DNA of 64,000 bases from Spirochaetia bacterium (GTDB lineage Bacteria; Spirochaetota; Spirochaetia; SZUA-6; Bin103). A program made the translations under genes and the position numbers. The notes below the pieces were generated by a model. It searched no databases and was not told the DNA's origin. It saw only the letters and a program-made list of their open reading frames with translations. Every line of letters begins with the position of its first letter. Position 1 is the first letter of the stretch. Shown piece by piece: positions 58,858-64,000 of the stretch. The stretch lies in NCBI GenBank assembly GCA_965199955.1, contig CBDATQ010000002.1:1504001-1568000 (forward strand), in the 5' to 3' direction.

Positions 58858-59245
58858 ACGGAAGTGGTTTGAGAAGGCTGATCAAGATCTGGAGATCGCA
58901 CGTCGCGCTTTGGAGCCGGGGAAACCGCTGCCCGGGATAGCCTGCTGTCGCGCCCAACAATGCGCCGAGAAATATCTGAAGGGCTATCTGACTGCCAACT
59001 CCGTGTCTTTTCGCTTCGTTCATGATCTCGTTTATCTTACGCAACTATGCGCCGCGCGAGAGTCAGCCTTCGAGGAACTGATGTCGGCGGCCGAGATTCT
59101 GAGCGAGTATGGCGTGAGAGTACGCTACCCGATGGAGGTATCGGACAAGCCCGACACAGACGCGGCCAAAGAGGCGATCGGCCGGGCCGAACAGATCGCC
59201 GCCTTGGTCCGGCAAAGTAGCGGTCAGTCGCCCAGGACGCCCTGA
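58838..59245 (+). CDS. HEPN domain protein
   Basis: KADQDL, AQQCAEKYLKG, HDL, RYP; overlaps the MNT gene. Confidence 0.88.
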   Translation: MSDVWPERKWFEKADQDLEIARRALEPGKPLPGIACCRAQQCAEKYLKGYLTANSVSFRFVHDLVYLTQLCAARESAFEELMSAAEILSEYGVRVRYPMEVSDKPDTDAAKEAIGRAEQIAALVRQSSGQSPRTP

Positions 59246-59770
59246 ATCGTGGCGCCGATCCAACAGACCGCGCCGGTGCCGTGGGACGACCGCCGGGCGC
59301 TCGCCGCCGGCCTCGCCGACCTGCACGAGATGACCGTCAGGGAGCATCTGCACGGGATCGGCAGCGGGCTCACTGACGAAAGCGCAGAGGGTGGCCGCCG
59401 CGATGGCGGCCAACGGCTCTAAGGCGCCGCGCTACGACTTCGACGAGCACCGCACCTATTTCGCGCAACGCTGCGGCGCACGCGGAGGCGGTTCTGGCCG
59501 AGTTCGGGGAGCACGCGACGGCAGACGCGATGAGCGAGGTAGCGGAGGTGCTGGCCGCGGTCCGGCGCACGCCTGATATCTCGCGGCTTCTGCGGCGAAG
59601 TTTTCGACACGGCGGCGCGGCTGAGCATGGCCTACTCGGAGGTGCGCCGCTTCTACGTCGATCTGCTCCCTGCTCCTGTAGGAACGGCCGGTCGGACCAC
59701 GCTTGGTCGCGACGTAGAGATCGCCATCCGCGAGCCGCGGTCCCGCCGAACGGGCCGGATCAGCGTCGGA
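59246..59770 (+). pseudogene. Multi-frameshift remnant of an unidentified gene
   Basis: Protein-like segments (VPWDDRRALAAGLADLHE; APRYDFDEHRTYFAQ; RLSMAYSEVRRFYVDL) in different frames. Confidence 0.35.
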
Positions 59771-59785
59771 GCGTAGACACTCGGC

Positions 59786-59817
59786 TCAAGCGCGGAGGCC
59801 ACCAAATCGCCGACCTC
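59786..59817 (-). repeat. Diverged copy of the last ~10 codons of leuB
   Basis: Encodes EVGDLVASAL versus leuB EVGDLVAEAL (59867-59900); 28 of 34 aligned columns identical. Confidence 0.75.
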
Positions 59818-59867
59818 AGGGGACCACGCCTGAGTCGAGGCAGTCTGTGTTCGTGTGCTCCCTGTTC

Positions 59868-60950
59868 TCAGAGCGCCTCGGCTACCAAGTCGCCGACCTC
59901 GGTGGTGGAGTAGCCCATCCGGCCGGCCGACATGCTCTGCATCTTCGGCGTGGTGGCTTGGATCGCGTTCTCGACCCGCTGTGACGCGCGGGCCAGGTTG
60001 TCCAGCCCCTTCTGCTCGCCCGTGACCGACAGCAGCATCCCCATGGCGGCGATGGCGGCGATCGGGTTGATCACGTTCTGCCCCGTGTACTTCGGCGCCG
60101 AACCGCCCATGCACTCGAACATGCTGCAGCCGCCCGGATCCGGGTTGATGTTGCCGCCGGCGCTGACGCCCAGACCGCCCTGAATCATGGCTCCGATGTC
60201 GGTGATGATGTCGCCGAACATGTTGGGCACCACCACCGTGTCGTAGTACTCCGGGTTCTTCACGAACCACATGCAAGCGGCGTCGATGTGGTTGTAGTCG
60301 CGGGTCACGTCCGGGTACTCGGGTCCCATCTCGTGGAAGGCGCGCTCCCACAGGTTGGCCGCGTAGGTCAGCACGTTGGTCTTGTGCACGAGCGTGAGCT
60401 GCATCTTGTCCTTGCGGCGGCGGCACAGCTCGAAGGCGTAGCGCAGGCAGCGGTCGACGCCGAAGCGGGTGGCGATCATCTCCTGGGTCGCCACCTCCTG
60501 CGGGGTATTCTTGCGCAGGAAGCCGCCGGCGCCGCAGTACAGGTCCTCCGTGTTCTCGCGCACGACCTCGAAGCTGATGTCCTCCGGCCCCTTGTCCTTC
60601 AGCGGCGTGTCCACGCCCGGATAGAGCTTGATCGGCCGCAGGTTGATGTATTGGTCGAGCTGGAAGCGGATGGCCAGCAGCAGCCCCTTCTCCAGGATGC
60701 CCGGCGTCACGTCAGGATGGCCGATGGCGCCCAGGTAGATGGCCTCGAACTGGCGCAACTCGTCGATCTGCTGCTCGGTGATCACCTCCCCCGTGGCCAG
60801 GTAGCGGTCGCCGCCGTAATCGTAGTCGACCCGCTCGTAAGAGATCCCCTCCAGCGGAGCCACCGCCTCCAGCACCTTGCACGCCTCGGCGGTTACCTCC
60901 GGTCCCGTGCCGTCACCGCCGATGACGGCGATCTTGATCGAATCGGACAA
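59868..60950 (-). CDS. leuB: 3-isopropylmalate dehydrogenase
   Basis: GDGTGPEV, NLRP, VRENTE, VHKTNVL, NMFGDIITD, GSAP; GGAGG RBS with TTG start. Confidence 0.88.
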   Translation of the reverse strand: MSDSIKIAVIGGDGTGPEVTAEACKVLEAVAPLEGISYERVDYDYGGDRYLATGEVITEQQIDELRQFEAIYLGAIGHPDVTPGILEKGLLLAIRFQLDQYINLRPIKLYPGVDTPLKDKGPEDISFEVVRENTEDLYCGAGGFLRKNTPQEVATQEMIATRFGVDRCLRYAFELCRRRKDKMQLTLVHKTNVLTYAANLWERAFHEMGPEYPDVTRDYNHIDAACMWFVKNPEYYDTVVVPNMFGDIITDIGAMIQGGLGVSAGGNINPDPGGCSMFECMGGSAPKYTGQNVINPIAAIAAMGMLLSVTGEQKGLDNLARASQRVENAIQATTPKMQSMSAGRMGYSTTEVGDLVAEAL

Positions 60951-61092
60951 CTGTTCCTCCCTTGTGCGGGCGCGATCCTACCAGATCGCTGGCCGGGCCG
61001 ACACGGCGAATTCGTCTCCGATCGCCGCGAGGACTCACGGCGCCGTGCGTCCTATGCTCGCGGGAACCCTTGAGGATCCCCAGGAGGCACCC

Positions 61093-62239
61093 ATGGCAGA
61101 TGCATCGACCGCGACCGACCACAGGACGCCCGGCTACGAGCGCTGGCCCGAGCAGCGGCGCATCAACTCGTGCGAGTGCCGGGATTTCCGCGTCAACCAA
61201 CTGGGAAGCTGCAAGCACGTCGAAGGGGTCGTCCGCCGTCTGACGGCGGGGCGGAGGCCGCTTGCGCGCCGCGGCACGGCCAGCGGCCGCATCGAGGTCT
61301 TCCTGGACGAGCGCGGCGGGCGCGCCCTTCGCATGGACACGCCGCCACCGATCAGGCTACTCCAGAACAGCCTTCGTGCAGGATGCCGAACGGCTCTACG
61401 CCAACCTGCGCCGGGGCTCGCAGCGGGCGCTTCAGGCCCTGGAAGAGCTGGCCGGCTCCAACCAGGACTGCCTGCGCGTCTCGCGCCGGCTGCAGAGCTG
61501 GGTTGCCTCGTGGCGGGCGGGCCGGCGCCGGCAGCGCGAGCATGACCGCCTCAAGGCGACTCTGACCGACGGCATTTCGGACTCGACCCTGCTCAAGCAG
61601 CCGTTGCTGCCGTATCAGGTCGACGGCGTGCTTCACTTGGCGTTTCGGGAACGCGCTCTGCTCGCCGACGACATGGGCCTCGGTAAAACCGTGCAGGCAA
61701 TCGCGGCGTGCGCCCTGCTGCACAAGCTGCGTGGCATCGAGCGTGTGCTGGTGGTCTCGCCCGCGTCACTCAAATCGGAGTGGGAAGAACAGATCGCCCG
61801 CTTCTCCGAGTTGTCCGCATACGTGGTGTTCGGCGATCTCCTCGCGCGGCGCGCGGTGTACCGCAGTCGAACCTTCGGGAATCTCGCCGAGATCCGCATG
61901 CCCACGAGTCGCGCGGCGTTCATGGAGCGCGTGCAGGCGGTGCTCGGGACTGCCGGCGACGATGAGCAGCCCCCGCCGGGGCCGATCCACTTGGCGCGGT
62001 CGATCGGTTGCGTGACGATCTGATGATCCACCACGGGTGCGGCGTTGCAGCGGATCCTGGTCCGTGAGCGTGAAGGTGAGGGTGGCGAGGCGATACTGGT
62101 GGTGCTCGCGGTCCCGCCCGCCCGCGCCGCCGAGGAGGAGAGCCGCATCGCGCGGGCGGCCGGGATGCCGGTGAACGTGATTGATGCCGCAACCCATGAG
62201 TCTCCCGGACGACGGTGGAATCCGCGCATGGTAGCGTAG
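61093..62239 (+). pseudogene. SWIM zinc finger + SNF2 helicase remnant
   Basis: CECRDF..LGSCKH (SWIM), LLPYQVDG, LLADDMGLGKT, VSPASLKSEW; frameshift, then loss of the rest of the helicase. Confidence 0.8.
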
Positions 62240-62249
62240 CGCCTCCCTG

Positions 62250-62960
62250 ATGACGTGGCGGCGAGGGGAGGAGATCGTCCTCCTCGATGTACTTACACTG
62301 GACAGCGTGCCGTACTTTGCGCTGCGCGCGTGGCCGCCCGGCCGGCAGATCCTCCACCGCGACGTCGGGGCCGGCAAGGTCGTGTTCGCCCGCTCCATGA
62401 CGGTCGTCCATGACCGGGATGACGAGGTGGCGCTGTATCAGGCCTGCGGCGGGCCCGTCATGGTCGTGGACACGGCGTGGGCCGTGGACGTGATGACCCG
62501 CGAGGGACTGGGCGGCCTCGCGAACGCCGAGTGGCCGTACCTCTCACGGACCTGGACAGACACCAACGTCCTGATGCTCACGGTGCCGGACACGTGGCAC
62601 AGCATCTGGCTGATGTGGGAGGCGCGGACCTGGGAGTTCCGGTGCTGGTACGTGAACCTGCAGACGCCGCTGACGAGGACGTCCCGTGGATTCGATACCT
62701 CGGACAAGGCGCTCGACGTGGTCATCGCCCCGAACGGCGAGCACCGGTGGAAGGACGAAGACCATCTGGAGCGCGCGGTCGACGTCGGCTGGATCTCCGC
62801 CGCCGCCGCGCAGCGGGTCAGAAGCGAGGGGGAGCGGGTGATCGAGCGTGCGTCGCGGCGGGAGTATCCCTTCGATGGGGAGCTGATCTCGTGGAGGCCC
62901 GATCCTGCGTGGCCGATCCCGGAGCTGCCGGACGACTGGGCCGCGATTGCAGGAGAGTAA
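62250..62960 (+). CDS. DUF402 (FomD-like) domain protein
   Basis: WYVNLQTP, DKALDVV, WKDEDHL motifs. Confidence 0.85.
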   Translation: MTWRRGEEIVLLDVLTLDSVPYFALRAWPPGRQILHRDVGAGKVVFARSMTVVHDRDDEVALYQACGGPVMVVDTAWAVDVMTREGLGGLANAEWPYLSRTWTDTNVLMLTVPDTWHSIWLMWEARTWEFRCWYVNLQTPLTRTSRGFDTSDKALDVVIAPNGEHRWKDEDHLERAVDVGWISAAAAQRVRSEGERVIERASRREYPFDGELISWRPDPAWPIPELPDDWAAIAGE

Positions 62961-62994
62961 CCGGCATCGTCTCCTGACCGCACGATTTGGCGAG

Positions 62995-63184
62995 ACGGGG
63001 GTGCTCGACGGAGTGGGATCGAAAGTGGTCAGCGTGAACGCCAATGGCCTGGTGGAGGGTGGCCAGGAGGAGATACTGAACGCACTGGCAGCGCACCCGG
63101 ACGCGGAGAAAGATGAGAGAGCTGGTGAAGGACGATACGGACATGAACGAGATCGTTTCCCTGATCACCGGGGCGACCGAGTGA
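62995..63184 (+). pseudogene. Collapsed sugar-ABC operon remnant (binding-protein piece joined to ATPase C-terminus)
   Basis: GQEEILNALAAHPD followed out of frame by RELVKDDTDMNEIVSLITGATE-stop. Confidence 0.45.
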
Positions 63185-63202
63185 ACCAGGCGACCGGGTG
63201 AA

Positions 63203-64000
63203 CTAAGCGACTGGCGCCGCCTCGGCCAGAATCCGCTCGGCTTTCTGCGCCTGCTCGGAGTCGGGGTGCATGGTGACGATCCGCTGCAGGTGCAGCCGTG
63301 CCAGCGGGTCCCCGCTGCGCGCCCGCTCGACCGCCTCGGAGAAGCCCTTCTCCTGGAAGCTGGTGTCCTTGTCGATCACCTCGAACTCGTACTCGCGCCA
63401 GTAGTAGCGCAGGTCCTCCGAGCCGCTCCAGCCGGCGTAGACCTGGTCCCACGACAGCGGCTGGTGGCCGGACAGGTGGGGGTCGAGCATGTGGTCGGTC
63501 ACCGGGGAGCCCATGCGCTGGTAGCGGTTGTCCAGCGACACGCGCAGCCGGTCCGGCGTCACGTTAGCCAGGGCGCCGTGGATGGTGAGGGCGTGGAAGA
63601 ACAGCACGTCCCCGAGCTGGTAGTCGGTGGACACCCAGCCGTCGGGGTGCTCCTCCGGGTCGATGCTGAGGCTGCCGGCGCCGAGCGAGAAGTGGTGATC
63701 GACCACCCGGCCGACGCGGTGCGAGCCCGGCAGCACGGCCAGGCCGCCCAGGTCGCGCGGGCAGTCGCCGACCGGGTGCCAGCAGGAGTACACGTCCATG
63801 CTGCTCTGGAAGTGGACGAAGTCCTGGTGGATGGGTGTCGTGTGCTCCGTGAACTGCGGGAACCAGATCCGCGCGATCTTGTGCGGAAACGCGAACACGG
63901 GTCCGTCGATGACCTTGCCCAGGACGTCCAGGACCTCCGGCCAGTGGCCGGCGCGGTGGAAGCTCTCCAGCAGGTAGACCTGGTGGTAGACGTCCACGTA
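63203..64000 (-). CDS. Phytanoyl-CoA dioxygenase (PhyH) family protein, 5' end outside window
   Basis: PIHQDF, LAVLPGSH, TIHGALAN..R. Confidence 0.88.
   Translation of the reverse strand, partial: YVDVYHQVYLLESFHRAGHWPEVLDVLGKVIDGPVFAFPHKIARIWFPQFTEHTTPIHQDFVHFQSSMDVYSCWHPVGDCPRDLGGLAVLPGSHRVGRVVDHHFSLGAGSLSIDPEEHPDGWVSTDYQLGDVLFFHALTIHGALANVTPDRLRVSLDNRYQRMGSPVTDHMLDPHLSGHQPLSWDQVYAGWSGSEDLRYYWREYEFEVIDKDTSFQEKGFSEAVERARSGDPLARLHLQRIVTMHPDSEQAQKAERILAEAAPVA

Noticed and set aside
1..64000. rRNA, tRNA, prophage or integrase
   Set aside because: None recognised; the phage-named Gp37/Gp68 gene has no phage structural or replication neighbours

Overview
High-GC bacterial chromosomal DNA, a mosaic of catabolic genes and accessory cassettes. 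The solute-binding protein signal peptides (e.g. LPLFAEGGGE, LAWASATSE) and the expansion of CUT1 sugar ABC transporters, PhyH dioxygenases and Asp-box proteins suggest a Spirochaetaceae-like, possibly sponge-associated organism (inference only). The backbone is carbohydrate scavenging: four CUT1 ABC permease sets with binding proteins, three paralogous uncharacterised beta-propeller proteins, two GHL10-like TIM barrels, three BNR/sialidase-like proteins, two enolase-superfamily enzymes and three PhyH dioxygenases. The only clear housekeeping gene is leuB. Interspersed are small defence/TA-type cassettes: RelE pair, SRA-like HNH nuclease, orphan HigA, Uma2, MazEF, MNT-HEPN, a divergent reversed HicB-HicA-like pair, and a low-GC TcmP + DUF5131 (methyltransferase + radical-SAM-like) pair. 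An intact IS1634 interrupts an ABC exporter, and there are many gene remnants. The best candidates for undescribed systems are the TcmP/DUF5131 pair (32740-34343) and the HicBA-like pair (39371-40110). No rRNA, tRNA or CRISPR array was seen. All family calls are by-eye motif recognition; no database searches were run.
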